34,616 bases of DNA from Anaerolineales bacterium (GTDB lineage Bacteria; Chloroflexota; Anaerolineae; Anaerolineales; Villigracilaceae), in contig DATAKV010000157.1 of the NCBI GenBank assembly GCA_036261375.1, positions 1-34,616 on the forward strand. The letters are read 5' to 3'. The position numbers and the translations under genes were made by a program. Position 1 is the stretch's first letter. The number at the start of each line of letters is the position of its first letter. The notes beneath the pieces were generated by a model. The model was not told the DNA's origin. It worked only from the letters and a program-made list of their open reading frames with translations, and made no database searches. Positions 1-8,848 of this stretch are shown piece after piece.

Positions 1-1
1 C

Positions 2-304
2 ACCGACATGTTCAACTATGCCTGCGATATCGACATTTATAATGCCTGGGCAAGCATCGTCGCCGGAAAAGGGTTTCCCTATCCCGGTTATTCCCAAAAG
101 TATTTTTGCTGTTACGTGGGCCGCAAGGGCAACCGCTCATATGCTCACAGCGAACAGGAGATCCTGTCCACCTTTGGAGACAAGATCAGCCACCACGAAT
201 CGATCAGCGGCGTCTTCAGCGCCGCGCTCGGCAATTACGGCTACCTCGTCCGCTCGCAAGAGCTGGAGGAAGTCGTTGCGATCGCTAAGTTCATCCAGGA
301 GTAA
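2..304 (+). CDS. C-terminal part of an ATP-grasp family protein (5'-truncated by the window)
   Basis: Frame is open from the window edge (TDMFNYACDIDIY...YVGRK...FSAALGNYGY). It resembles the C-terminus of ATP-grasp proteins that usually sit next to esterases. The catalytic core is not visible. Confidence 0.6.
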   Translation, partial: TDMFNYACDIDIYNAWASIVAGKGFPYPGYSQKYFCCYVGRKGNRSYAHSEQEILSTFGDKISHHESISGVFSAALGNYGYLVRSQELEEVVAIAKFIQE

Positions 305-311
305 ACCTGTC

Positions 312-1070
312 ATGCAGACCGAATATCACAAGTGGTTCAGTCCCAGCCTGGGGCATGACATGGAGCTGAAAGTCTATGGCTATTATGGCAAGCCGGTGCT
401 GGTCTTTCCGGCGCAGGCCGGCAGTTTTCATGAGTTCGAGGACTTTGGGATGATCGGCGTGCTGTCCCCATATATCGAATCCGGGCGGATCAAGATCTTC
501 ACGGTCAACAGCCTGGACGGGCAGACCTGGTCCAACTACGACGCACATCCCGCCGACCGTGCCCGCCGCCACCAGGACTACGATCGCTATATTGTCGAGG
601 AAGTTGTTCCTTTTATGCGAAAACACAGCGGGGAAACCACCCAGAAGTTCCTGACGACCGGCGTCAGCCTGGGCGCCTACCACGCTGCCAATTTCTTCTT
701 CCGGCACCCCGACCTCTTCGATACCGTCATTGCCCTGAGCGGGCTCTTCCGCCTGAACTACTTCATCGGCGATTACATGGATGACAATGTCTATTTCAAC
801 ACGCCCCTGGCCTATCTGCCGAATATGGACGACCCCTGGTATCTCGACCAGTATCGCCAGAGCAACATTTTTGTCGGGGTGGGGCAGGGCGCCTGGGAGG
901 ATGAGATGCGCGAGGATGCCCAGGCTTTGAAACAAATCCTCGAACAAAAAGGCATCCCGCACTGGATCGATTTCTGGGGCCACGATGTCAACCACGACTG
1001 GCCGTGGTGGCACAAGATGCTCCCCTATTTTCTGGATAAGCTGGAACTACCTGCGTACAGTCAACCCTAA
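312..1070 (+). CDS. Esterase family alpha/beta hydrolase
   Basis: ATG at 312, 7 nt after the upstream stop. N-terminus WFSPSLGHDMELKVYG, nucleophile elbow GVSLGAYHA (GxSxG), C-terminal HDWPWW. The listed ORF start at 18 overlaps the upstream gene. Confidence 0.85.
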   Translation: MQTEYHKWFSPSLGHDMELKVYGYYGKPVLVFPAQAGSFHEFEDFGMIGVLSPYIESGRIKIFTVNSLDGQTWSNYDAHPADRARRHQDYDRYIVEEVVPFMRKHSGETTQKFLTTGVSLGAYHAANFFFRHPDLFDTVIALSGLFRLNYFIGDYMDDNVYFNTPLAYLPNMDDPWYLDQYRQSNIFVGVGQGAWEDEMREDAQALKQILEQKGIPHWIDFWGHDVNHDWPWWHKMLPYFLDKLELPAYSQP

Positions 1071-1083
1071 CTGTCTTTGTGAT

Positions 1084-1111
1084 CGCCGCCGTTATGGCGG
1101 CGTTTTTTTTT
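1084..1111 (+). terminator. Rho-independent terminator after the esterase
   Basis: CGCCGCC-gttat-GGCGGCG stem-loop followed by T9, between convergent genes. Confidence 0.9.
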
Positions 1112-1115
1112 ATTT

Positions 1116-1352
1116 CTATTCCCCCTCGTCCCCGGCCTCTTCGAACTTCTTCAGCAGCTCTCTTGCCCGCTGGATGCTCGCCTTCGGAACATAGATCTCA
1201 ACCGGCGCAAAGGAGAAGGTGTGCGTTACATGGTGAACCGCCTCTTCGACGAGCACCACATCGATCTCTTCGGATTTTAAGTACGCTTCAAGCACATCCG
1301 CAGTTGCGCGGCCCATCACTTCGGTGAGTTTAGTGTACAGCATTTTGTCCAT
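1116..1352 (-). CDS. DUF2007-like putative signal-transducing small protein
   Basis: ADVLEAYLKSEEI...VEIYVP...ARELL pattern. ATG at 1352 lies just after the nitroreductase stop. Confidence 0.7.
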   Translation of the reverse strand: MDKMLYTKLTEVMGRATADVLEAYLKSEEIDVVLVEEAVHHVTHTFSFAPVEIYVPKASIQRARELLKKFEEAGDEGE

Positions 1353-1357
1353 TTGAT

Positions 1358-1870
1358 TTACCACCTTTCCCAGTGTACGAATTCTTCCAGAGGCTTGCGC
1401 CCGCCCTGTTTCGGTGGGGCCGTGATCTTTTCCTCATCCTGTGGATAACCAAAGGATAAAGCAATGCGCAAATGCCACTCGGAGGGAAAGCCCAGGATCT
1501 TGCGCGCCATCTCGGCTTCGTAGATGGACGCCGGGACCGAGCCGACTCCCAGTTCCCAGGCTGCGAGCTGCATAAAGGCGGCCGCCTGTCCCGCGTCGAA
1601 CATGGTCTGGAATTTGGCCATAGGATCGGGGGTCAGGATCGCCACGGCCATGGCGGCCCCGGCCAGGTGTCCCGCCCACGGTCCACACTCGGAAAGCGGC
1701 TTGAGGATCGCTTTGTCGCGGATCACGATAAACTGCCAGGCCTGCTCGTTCTTGGAGGATTGCGACCTGCGTCCGGCGTTCAGGATGGCGAGGGTCACGT
1801 CCTCCGGCAGGGGCTTGTCCTCGAATTTGCGGACAGCCCGTTTTGTGCGAATAGCTTCCGATACATTCAT
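1358..1870 (-). CDS. Nitroreductase family flavoprotein
   Basis: AIRTKRAVRKF, SSKNEQAWQF, LAAWELGVGS and C-terminal RKPLEE motifs; AGGAGG RBS upstream. Confidence 0.9.
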   Translation of the reverse strand: MNVSEAIRTKRAVRKFEDKPLPEDVTLAILNAGRRSQSSKNEQAWQFIVIRDKAILKPLSECGPWAGHLAGAAMAVAILTPDPMAKFQTMFDAGQAAAFMQLAAWELGVGSVPASIYEAEMARKILGFPSEWHLRIALSFGYPQDEEKITAPPKQGGRKPLEEFVHWERW

Positions 1871-1892
1871 GCATCCTCCTCATCTCATTCGT

Positions 1893-2019
1893 CGGTGGTC
1901 GAGTGAATCGAGCGATAGCGAGGACCTATCGAGACCACCCGTTGGGATCAAACTCCATGTTCAACCTCATACGGATGTTTTCGATACGCCCGCTGAAGCA
2001 TGGGGCTGCTCAACCATCG
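1893..2019. repeat. Inverted doublet of ~43-bp REP-like palindromic units
   Basis: Unit 1 (1893-1936) CGGTGGTCGAG...TATCGAGACC. Unit 2 (1977-2019) reverse-complements to CGATGGTTGAG...TATCGAAAAC. The units are 40 bp apart. Confidence 0.6.
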
Positions 2020-2035
2020 GAGTTGACATGTATAG

Positions 2036-2041
2036 ATTATA
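2036..2041 (-). promoter_or_regulatory. Putative -10 box (TATAAT) for the nitroreductase transcript
   Basis: Perfect TATAAT on the minus strand upstream of the REP doublet and nitroreductase. Confidence 0.5.
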
Positions 2042-2178
2042 TCCTCTCCCATCCCCCTGCCTCTTGGCACTAGCAGAAGGGGATAATCATCAGTAGGCAA
2101 TCAGGGTCAGGATTGGGATAATAAAGATGAGATTTCGACTGTCACTTCTATTTGGTTTCGTACATAAGGAGAACTTCC

Positions 2179-4332
2179 ATGGCTTTGCCAACCGAATCGA
2201 CTTTGCTTGCAGAATTCACATATGAGCTTCGCCCCGTCGAGCGCGGGTATGCCAACCGCACGCTCTACATCAACCTGGACAATAACACCATTCTCGAAAA
2301 ACCGGTCACCCAGCAGATGAAGGACCTCTTCACGGGCGGGCGCGGTTTCGGGCTCAAGCTGCTCTGGGATGCAGTTACACCCGGGACGAAGTGGAACGAC
2401 CCGCAGAACGAGCTGATCGTGGCCAACGGTCCGATCTGTGGGATTACGGCCTATCCCGGCAGCGGGAAATCGACGGTGGTGACGCTCAGCCCGCTCACGG
2501 GCAATGTGATCGACAGCAATGTCGGCGGCTATTTCGCTCCGTTCCTGAAATTTTCTGGCTTCGATGCGCTCGAGGTCCAGGGCAAGGCGGATGAGGATGT
2601 GATCCTTTATATCGACGGCGATACCGGCCGGGTGACGATCGAGCCGTACTCATTCGAAGCGGAGGACTCCCACCTCATCGGCAACATCCTGACCGCCCGC
2701 TACGGCGGCGATGAAAAAGGCAAGCGCGGTGTCGCGGTCCTGTCCGCGGGACAGGCAGCAGAGCACACCCGTATCGCCGCCATCAACTCCACCTGGTACG
2801 ACGTCCGCCGCAAGGAAGCCCGTCTCAAGCAGGCCGGCCGCGGCGGTGCGGGACGCGTCCTCCGTGACAAGAAGATCGCGGCGATCGTCTGCCGTTTCAG
2901 CGATATGAGCGGCGACAAGAACAACGTGGCCGATATGGCGCTCATCCGCAGGGCGGGCCAGCGCATCAACAAGGAAATTACGGAGCTGGACGATTCGCAG
3001 AACCAGATGCGCAGGATCGGCACCGCCAACATCGTGGACGTGATGGACCACTTCGACCTCCTGCCAACCCATAACTTCCGTTATGGCTCGCACCCCGACA
3101 CGCACAAGATCGATTCGAAGGTCTGGAAGGAGAAGTTCACCCAGGGGTTGCCGGATGGCTGCTGGCTGGGTTGTACCATGTCCTGTTCGCACGGCGTGGA
3201 TCATTTCCCCGTGCAGACCGGACCCTACGCCGGGACCTGTGTCCTTGTCGACGGACCGGAATACGAGAATGCCGCTGGCCTCGGCTCGAACATCGGCAAC
3301 TTCGACGCCCAGAAAGTCCTCGAGCTCAACTTCTACTGCGACACCTATGGCATCGACACGATCTCGGTGGCGAACTGCATTGCCTTCGCCATGGAATGTT
3401 ATGAAGAAGGCCTGATCACAAAGGAGCACACCGGCGGCCTGGAACTGAACTTTGGCAACGGCGCGGCCGCCCTCGAGCTGCTGCACCAGATGGCGCGCGG
3501 CCAAGGCTTTGGCGTGATCGTCGGGCAGGGCGTGCGCTACATGAAGGAATATTTCGCCCGCGAGTTCGGCGCCGACCCGGTCTTCATGCAGGATATCGGC
3601 ATGGAGATCAAGGGCATGGAGATCTCGGAATACATGACCAAGGAATCCATCGCCCAGCAGGGCGGCTATGGCCTGGCGACCAAGGGTCCCCAACACGATG
3701 AGGCCTGGCTGATCTTCATGGACCAGGTTCACAACCTGCTGCCCACCTTCCAGGACAAGGCCGAAGCCCTGCACTACTTCCCGATGTGGCGAACATGGTT
3801 CAGCCTGCACGGCCTGTGCAAGCTGCCGTGGAACGATATCTCGCCTGCCAACAACAAACAGACCAAGGAACCTGCCAAGGTCGAGGAGCACGTGGAGAAC
3901 TACACCTGGATCCATCAGGGCGTGACCGGCAAGCCGACCCGGGTTGAGGACCTGCTGCTGCAGTCTGAGCGGGTGTACAACTTCCAGAAGGTATTCGCCC
4001 TGCGTATGGGACGCGTCGGACGCCAGCACGATTATCCCCCGTACCGCGCCATGGGGCCGGTGACCAAACTCGAATATGAATCACGCCAGGAGCGTTACGA
4101 CGAACAGCTCAAGCGCCTGCTGGAGATCGATCCGGCAGGCATGACCACCGAAGAAAAGATGAAGGAACTGCGCCGCTATCGCCAGGCGCAGTATGAACTG
4201 CTTATGGATGCCGTCTACGAGCGCCGCGGCTGGGACCGGAACAGCATCCCTACCGCTGAAAAGTTGCGCTCGCTCGGCATGGACCTGCCCGAGTTGATCG
4301 AAGTGATCGAAGAGGCGAAGAAAAAAGTATAA
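2179..4332 (+). CDS. Aldehyde:ferredoxin oxidoreductase family (tungstopterin) enzyme
   Basis: AAGGAG RBS before ATG 2179. Motifs GGRGFG, SPLTG...DSNVGG, AGRGGAG, [4Fe-4S] CWLGCTMSC plus GLCK, EYE and DTYGIDTIS. Confidence 0.93.
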   Translation: MALPTESTLLAEFTYELRPVERGYANRTLYINLDNNTILEKPVTQQMKDLFTGGRGFGLKLLWDAVTPGTKWNDPQNELIVANGPICGITAYPGSGKSTVVTLSPLTGNVIDSNVGGYFAPFLKFSGFDALEVQGKADEDVILYIDGDTGRVTIEPYSFEAEDSHLIGNILTARYGGDEKGKRGVAVLSAGQAAEHTRIAAINSTWYDVRRKEARLKQAGRGGAGRVLRDKKIAAIVCRFSDMSGDKNNVADMALIRRAGQRINKEITELDDSQNQMRRIGTANIVDVMDHFDLLPTHNFRYGSHPDTHKIDSKVWKEKFTQGLPDGCWLGCTMSCSHGVDHFPVQTGPYAGTCVLVDGPEYENAAGLGSNIGNFDAQKVLELNFYCDTYGIDTISVANCIAFAMECYEEGLITKEHTGGLELNFGNGAAALELLHQMARGQGFGVIVGQGVRYMKEYFAREFGADPVFMQDIGMEIKGMEISEYMTKESIAQQGGYGLATKGPQHDEAWLIFMDQVHNLLPTFQDKAEALHYFPMWRTWFSLHGLCKLPWNDISPANNKQTKEPAKVEEHVENYTWIHQGVTGKPTRVEDLLLQSERVYNFQKVFALRMGRVGRQHDYPPYRAMGPVTKLEYESRQERYDEQLKRLLEIDPAGMTTEEKMKELRRYRQAQYELLMDAVYERRGWDRNSIPTAEKLRSLGMDLPELIEVIEEAKKKV

Positions 4333-4373
4333 TTTTGCCAAGCCGTCGTATGAACCGAAAGTGACATAACGAT

Positions 4374-4403
4374 TGAGCCGGGTTGCATTGCCAAGCCGGC
4401 TCA
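4374..4403 (+). terminator. Stem-loop after the AOR gene, possible terminator
   Basis: TGAGCCGG...CCGGCTCA inverted repeat followed by an AT-rich tract; the U-run is imperfect. Confidence 0.5.
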
Positions 4404-4441
4404 GTTAATTTCTTACTTATCTGTGTGTTCACCTACCCGAG

Positions 4442-4447
4442 TATAAT
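4442..4447 (+). promoter_or_regulatory. -10 box (TATAAT) of a probable leaderless transcript
   Basis: TATAAT 7 nt before ATG 4455, with no SD sequence. Confidence 0.65.
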
Positions 4448-4454
4448 TCCCGCA

Positions 4455-4868
4455 ATGGATGGACAACTACGCTTCAAACCTTTCGCCATCTCGTCACTTT
4501 TGCTCATGATCGCTGGCTGGGGTGGGTTGTACTACCTCATCAACTTTACTCTTCCCTACGTCTGGCAGCGCTGGGGGTTCTTTGTCCTCTCCCTGATGGC
4601 GGTCACCGGGACTCTCCTGCCCATTGTGTACTTTTTTCACCGCCGCTTCCCAGGAGAACAGACTGCGGAAGCGAATGTGATCGTCCGCCAGGCGCTCTGG
4701 TTTGGCGTGTATGGGGCAACGCTTGCCTGGCTGCAACTCGGCCGCCTCGTCACGCTGTACGTTGCCCTGGGTCTCGCCGGGGGATTGTTTGCCATCGAGT
4801 ACTTCATGCGCGTGCGCGAAAAAGCTCACTGGAAGCCGCCTGTTACCAGCGATGACCAGCCTTCGTGA
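4455..4868 (+). CDS. Hypothetical integral membrane protein (about 4 TM helices)
   Basis: 137 aa with four hydrophobic segments; overlaps the selA start by 17 nt. Confidence 0.8.
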   Translation: MDGQLRFKPFAISSLLLMIAGWGGLYYLINFTLPYVWQRWGFFVLSLMAVTGTLLPIVYFFHRRFPGEQTAEANVIVRQALWFGVYGATLAWLQLGRLVTLYVALGLAGGLFAIEYFMRVREKAHWKPPVTSDDQPS

Positions 4869-6204
4869 TCTTCCATCGGTAGAACAACTATTGAAGAATG
4901 CGGACAACCTCATTCGTGAGTTTGGCCGGCCATTGACCCTGGATGCCCTGCGCCAGACCCTGGAGGACGCCCGGGCACGGTTCAGAGTTGGACCGGAAGT
5001 GGGGCTGCCCGACCTGGACGCGATCCTGGCCCAAGCCGAATCCTATCTCGCCGGATGGACCACGCCCACCCTGCGGCCGATCATCAATGCGACCGGGGTC
5101 ATCCTGCATACCAATCTCGGCCGCGCTCCATTATCGAAAGCCGCCCTCGAAGCCGTGCAGAATACTGCCGGCGAATATTCAACCCTGGAATACGATTTGA
5201 AGAAAGGCCAGCGCGGATCGCGGCTGGTGCATGCTGAATCGGTCCTGCAGAAACTGACCGGCGCCGAGTCTGCCCTGGTGGTCAACAACAATGCCTCTGC
5301 GGTACTGCTCGTGCTGGCAGCCCTGGCTAACAAAAAGCGTGTCATTATCTCCCGCACGCAGCTGGTCGAGATCGGCGGTGGATTCCGCGTCCCGGATGTG
5401 ATGAAGCAGTCCGGTGCAAAGCTTGTCGAAGTGGGGACGACCAACAAGGTGCGCTTGTCCGATTACCGGGAGGCGCTCGAAGAACCGACTGCCCTGGTCA
5501 TGCGCGCCCATCGCAGCAATTTCAAGATCGTTGGCTTTACCGAGGAGCCTGCCCTGAACGAGATCGTCGACGCTGCTCACCAGGCTAACGTCAGGGTAGT
5601 GGACGATCTTGGATCGGGTGCCTTGCTTGACACCGCAAAGTACGGTCTGGTCCACGAACCCACCATCCAGGAGTCGCTGGCCTGCGGTGTGGACCTGGTT
5701 TGCTTTTCGGGAGATAAACTGCTTGGCGGTCCGCAGGCGGGGATCATCGTCGGCAGGAAAGAGTTGATCGAAAAGGTAAGGAAGCACCCGCTGGCGCGCG
5801 CCGTCCGCGCGGATAAGGGGAGCCTGGCAGGCCTCACGGCCACGTTGCTCCACTATCTCAGGGATGAAGCGGAGCGGGAAATCCCGATCTGGAGGATGAT
5901 GGCTTTGACGCCGGAGCAGGTGCGGGTCCGGGCGGAGGCGTGGAGGGACGCTCTGGGACACGGAGAGATCGTCTCGTCTGAATCGACCGTGGGAGGGGGC
6001 AGCCTGCCGGAGGAATCTCTGCCGACGTATGCTCTGGCGCTCGACGTCAGATCGACAGATACGTTCCTGAAACGACTCCGCGAAGCAGATCCGCCAATCA
6101 TCGCCCGGGTCGGTAATGACAATGTCCTTCTCGACCCGCGTACGGTCCTTGACGATGATTTGCTGCTGCGAACCTTGAAAAAGGTGCTGGAGGCGTACCC
6201 CTGA
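4852..6204 (+). CDS. selA: L-seryl-tRNA(Sec) selenium transferase
   Basis: LPSVEQLL N-terminus, INATGVILHTNLGRAPL, VNNNASAV, VEIGGGFRVPD, DDLGSG, PLP-lysine motif FSGDKLLGGPQAG. Confidence 0.96.
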   Translation: MTSLRDLPSVEQLLKNADNLIREFGRPLTLDALRQTLEDARARFRVGPEVGLPDLDAILAQAESYLAGWTTPTLRPIINATGVILHTNLGRAPLSKAALEAVQNTAGEYSTLEYDLKKGQRGSRLVHAESVLQKLTGAESALVVNNNASAVLLVLAALANKKRVIISRTQLVEIGGGFRVPDVMKQSGAKLVEVGTTNKVRLSDYREALEEPTALVMRAHRSNFKIVGFTEEPALNEIVDAAHQANVRVVDDLGSGALLDTAKYGLVHEPTIQESLACGVDLVCFSGDKLLGGPQAGIIVGRKELIEKVRKHPLARAVRADKGSLAGLTATLLHYLRDEAEREIPIWRMMALTPEQVRVRAEAWRDALGHGEIVSSESTVGGGSLPEESLPTYALALDVRSTDTFLKRLREADPPIIARVGNDNVLLDPRTVLDDDLLLRTLKKVLEAYP

Positions 6205-6323
6205 TAGTCCCTTCCACGACCCGAAGGAACCGCCCGGGTTGACCTTTCTCAACTGCTGTGTGAATTGTGGAAAACCAAAAGCCCGCAGCCTGCCGGCGGT
6301 TGCAGGCATCGTAATCGGGACTT

Positions 6324-6332
6324 TGGTAGAAT
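6324..6332 (+). promoter_or_regulatory. Putative extended -10 promoter (TGgTAGAAT) for the peptidase-tsaD pair
   Basis: TGn-TAGAAT 66 nt upstream of ATG 6399, which has an AGGAG RBS. Confidence 0.45.
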
Positions 6333-6398
6333 TCATAGCAACATGCGAAATAACAAGATCGCGCAGGAATTCCTCGCGCTCAACCCTCAGGAGACTGA

Positions 6399-7670
6399 AT
6401 GAAAACCGACCTCGATAAACTGATGCAGGACCGCAACCTTGACGCCCTATTAGTTTTTGGCGACGCGGAGCACAACCCGCCGATGTATTACTTTGTCGGC
6501 GGCGGACACGTCAGCGGCGCGCTGCTGATCAAAAAAGTGGGCAAGGAGCCGGTGCTGTTTTACAACGATATGGAGCGGGATGAGGCTGCCAAGAGCGGCT
6601 TGAAGACCGTTTCATTCAGTGAATTTCCGATAGCAGACTTCGAAGCCCAGGCAAATGGAAATCGCCAGCTGGCGAATGCTTTGCGCTTCAAGAAAATCCT
6701 GGAAGAATATGGCCTCTCCGCCGGGCGCGTGGCGGTGTATGGCAAGGTGGAGTTTTCCAATATGTTCGGCATCATGGCAAAACTGGTCAGCCTGATGCCC
6801 GAGGTGGAGTTCATCGGCGAAGGGTTAGGGGACTCGGTCATCCTGCGAGCGATGGAGACCAAGGATGACGTGGAGGTGGCGCGCATCCGCCAGATGGGCG
6901 CGGTGACAACAACCGTCGTGAAATTGGTGCAGGAGTACCTCACCTCCTGTGACGTGCGTGACGATGAAGTGCTCCTGAAGGAAGATGGCAGCCCTCTGAC
7001 GATCGGCGATGTGAAGGGCAAGATTTCCCTCTGGCTGGCCGAGCGCGGCGCGGTCGATGTTGAAGGAGTGATCTTTGCCATCGGGCGCGATGCCGGAGTG
7101 CCTCATTCGGTAGGAGATCCCTCGGACCTGATGACGCTGGGAAAGACGATCGTCTTCGATATCTTCCCGGCTGAACAGGGCGGCGGATATTTCTATGATT
7201 TCACCCGAACGTGGAGTCTGGGATATGCTACTCCCGAAGCCCAGGCGATGTATGACCAGGTACACGAGATATATAACCAGGTAATCGAGAACCTGGACCT
7301 GAATGCGTCCTTTATCGAATACCAGCGCATGACCTGTGAATATTTCGAATCCAAGGGACACAAAACCCAGCTGACCACATCTGCACCGCTGGATGGATAT
7401 GTCCACTCCCTGGGTCACGGCGTGGGCTTGAACATTCACGAGCGCCCCTCCTCGCGGCTGGTGGAGAATCCCAATGACAACCTCCTCAAGCCCGGCGTGG
7501 TGATCACAATCGAGCCGGGTCTGTACTACCCCGATAAGGGCATGGGATTCCGCATCGAGGATACATACTGGGTCCGCCCGGACGGAAAGATCGAGATGCT
7601 GGCTGAATACCCATATGATTTTGTCCTGCCGATGACAAAGTGGACGAAGAACGGGGAGAGCGGAACTTAA
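6399..7670 (+). CDS. M24 family Xaa-Pro aminopeptidase
   Basis: Metal-ligand motifs FDIFP, YDFTRT, HSLGHGVGL, IEPG and RIED. Confidence 0.92.
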   Translation: MKTDLDKLMQDRNLDALLVFGDAEHNPPMYYFVGGGHVSGALLIKKVGKEPVLFYNDMERDEAAKSGLKTVSFSEFPIADFEAQANGNRQLANALRFKKILEEYGLSAGRVAVYGKVEFSNMFGIMAKLVSLMPEVEFIGEGLGDSVILRAMETKDDVEVARIRQMGAVTTTVVKLVQEYLTSCDVRDDEVLLKEDGSPLTIGDVKGKISLWLAERGAVDVEGVIFAIGRDAGVPHSVGDPSDLMTLGKTIVFDIFPAEQGGGYFYDFTRTWSLGYATPEAQAMYDQVHEIYNQVIENLDLNASFIEYQRMTCEYFESKGHKTQLTTSAPLDGYVHSLGHGVGLNIHERPSSRLVENPNDNLLKPGVVITIEPGLYYPDKGMGFRIEDTYWVRPDGKIEMLAEYPYDFVLPMTKWTKNGESGT

Positions 7671-7675
7671 CCAGA

Positions 7676-8707
7676 ATGAGTGAGCTGAAACCTGCCCGGA
7701 TACTGGCAATAGAGACTTCGTGCGACGAAACGGCCTGTGCGGTACTTGAAAATGGCCGGGTCCTGTTAGCCTCCACGGTTGCCTCACAGATGGATATTCA
7801 CGCCCGCTATGGAGGCGTGTTCCCCGAGGTGGCTTCGCGCCAGCATGTGCTGAGCATTATCCCGGTTGTGGAACAGACGCTGGCACAAACCAATGTCACG
7901 TTGAAGGATATCGACGCGGTCGCGGTCACGCGGGGCCCGGGACTGGCGGGGTCGCTTGTCGTTGGGATGAACATGGCAAAGGGGCTGGCCCTGGGGACCG
8001 GCCTGCCTTTGATCGGGGTCAACCATCTGGAGGGACATGTCTATTCCGCCTGGGTCCATAGTGCCGCCGACGCACCGCCCCCCGAGCCGCAGTTTCCCCT
8101 GATGGCACTGCTCGTTTCCGGGGGCCATACGGAATTGAACCTGATGACCGATCACCTGACCTACAGGCGTCTCGGCTCTACGCGGGATGATGCAGCCGGT
8201 GAGGCCTTCGACAAGGTCGCCCGCCTGCTGGGACTCGCTTACCCAGGCGGTCCATCTATTCAGCGTGCCGCAGAAAATGGGAACCCGGCCCGCTTTAGCT
8301 TCCCACGGGCCAGGACGGACAACCCGTACGATTTTTCCTTTAGTGGGCTTAAGACGGCCGTACTCTACCAGGTCAACGATCTTAAAAAAGAGCGCAGTGG
8401 GAATCTGCCTGTGGAAGATCTTGCCGCCTCCTTCCAGGCTGCCGTTGTGGATGCCCTTTTTACAAAAACGATCCAGGCGGCACGCGATTTCAATGCCAAG
8501 GAGATCCTTGTGGCCGGCGGCGTTTCGGCCAACCGTGCCCTTCGGGAAGCCTTTCAGTCGCAGGTTGAGTTCAAGGTCCATATCCCCCCGTTCTCCCTCT
8601 GCACCGATAATGCCGCCATGATCGCCGCAGCTGGATATTATCGTTATGCCCTCGGCCACACCTCCGACCTAGGAATGGACGTCCAGCCGACCTGGCCGCT
8701 TTCGTAG
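7676..8707 (+). CDS. tsaD: tRNA N6-threonylcarbamoyladenosine transferase TsaD
   Basis: ILAIETSCDETA, GGVFPEVASRQH, NHLEGH, SGGHT, DDAAGEAFDK, FSFSGLKT, CTDNAAMI. Confidence 0.97.
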   Translation: MSELKPARILAIETSCDETACAVLENGRVLLASTVASQMDIHARYGGVFPEVASRQHVLSIIPVVEQTLAQTNVTLKDIDAVAVTRGPGLAGSLVVGMNMAKGLALGTGLPLIGVNHLEGHVYSAWVHSAADAPPPEPQFPLMALLVSGGHTELNLMTDHLTYRRLGSTRDDAAGEAFDKVARLLGLAYPGGPSIQRAAENGNPARFSFPRARTDNPYDFSFSGLKTAVLYQVNDLKKERSGNLPVEDLAASFQAAVVDALFTKTIQAARDFNAKEILVAGGVSANRALREAFQSQVEFKVHIPPFSLCTDNAAMIAAAGYYRYALGHTSDLGMDVQPTWPLS

Positions 8708-8716
8708 CGGAAAAGA

Positions 8717-8784
8717 GTAGACACGAAAACAAGGAAACAGGTATACAGGTGGATCAATCCATGTATATCTGTTTCCTTGTTTAC
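8717..8784. repeat. Hairpin built from degenerate 8-mer tandem units (GDAWACAR-like)
   Basis: GTAGACAC GAAAACAA GGAAACAG GTATACAG on the left and three inverted units on the right; perfect 14-bp stem 8727-8740/8769-8782. Confidence 0.75.
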
Positions 8785-8788
8785 CTTT

Positions 8789-8833
8789 AAAAACCCAAAC
8801 CGCCTTTGGCTTGCCCGAGCCGTAGGCGGTTTG
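8789..8833 (-). terminator. Intrinsic terminator on the minus strand (tsaC operon and/or sRNA)
   Basis: 10-bp stem CAAACCGCCT/AGGCGGTTTG with an inner GGCT/AGCC helix, followed on the minus strand by GG-TTTTT. Confidence 0.65.
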
Positions 8834-8848
8834 TAAAGGAGAATGCAT
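8789..8848 (-). ncRNA. Candidate ~60-nt small RNA with a 5' anti-SD seed
   Basis: TATAAT at 8854-8859 (minus), then AUGCAUUCUCCUUUA, a hairpin and a U-tract. Architecture only; no family recognised. Confidence 0.35.

Noticed and set aside
2650-4029. 459-aa minus-strand ORF
   Set aside because: Antisense shadow of the GC3-rich AOR gene; no recognisable motifs.
6205-6398. Possible tRNA-Sec, SECIS or SRP RNA after selA
   Set aside because: Only small hairpins (ACCCG/CGGGT, GCCTGC/GCAGGC); no UCA anticodon arm, T-loop or SRP domain IV consensus.
8669-8848. 59-codon minus-strand ORF starting 5 nt after TATAAT
   Set aside because: It runs through a terminator and a repeat hairpin into the tsaD 3' end; no protein-like features.
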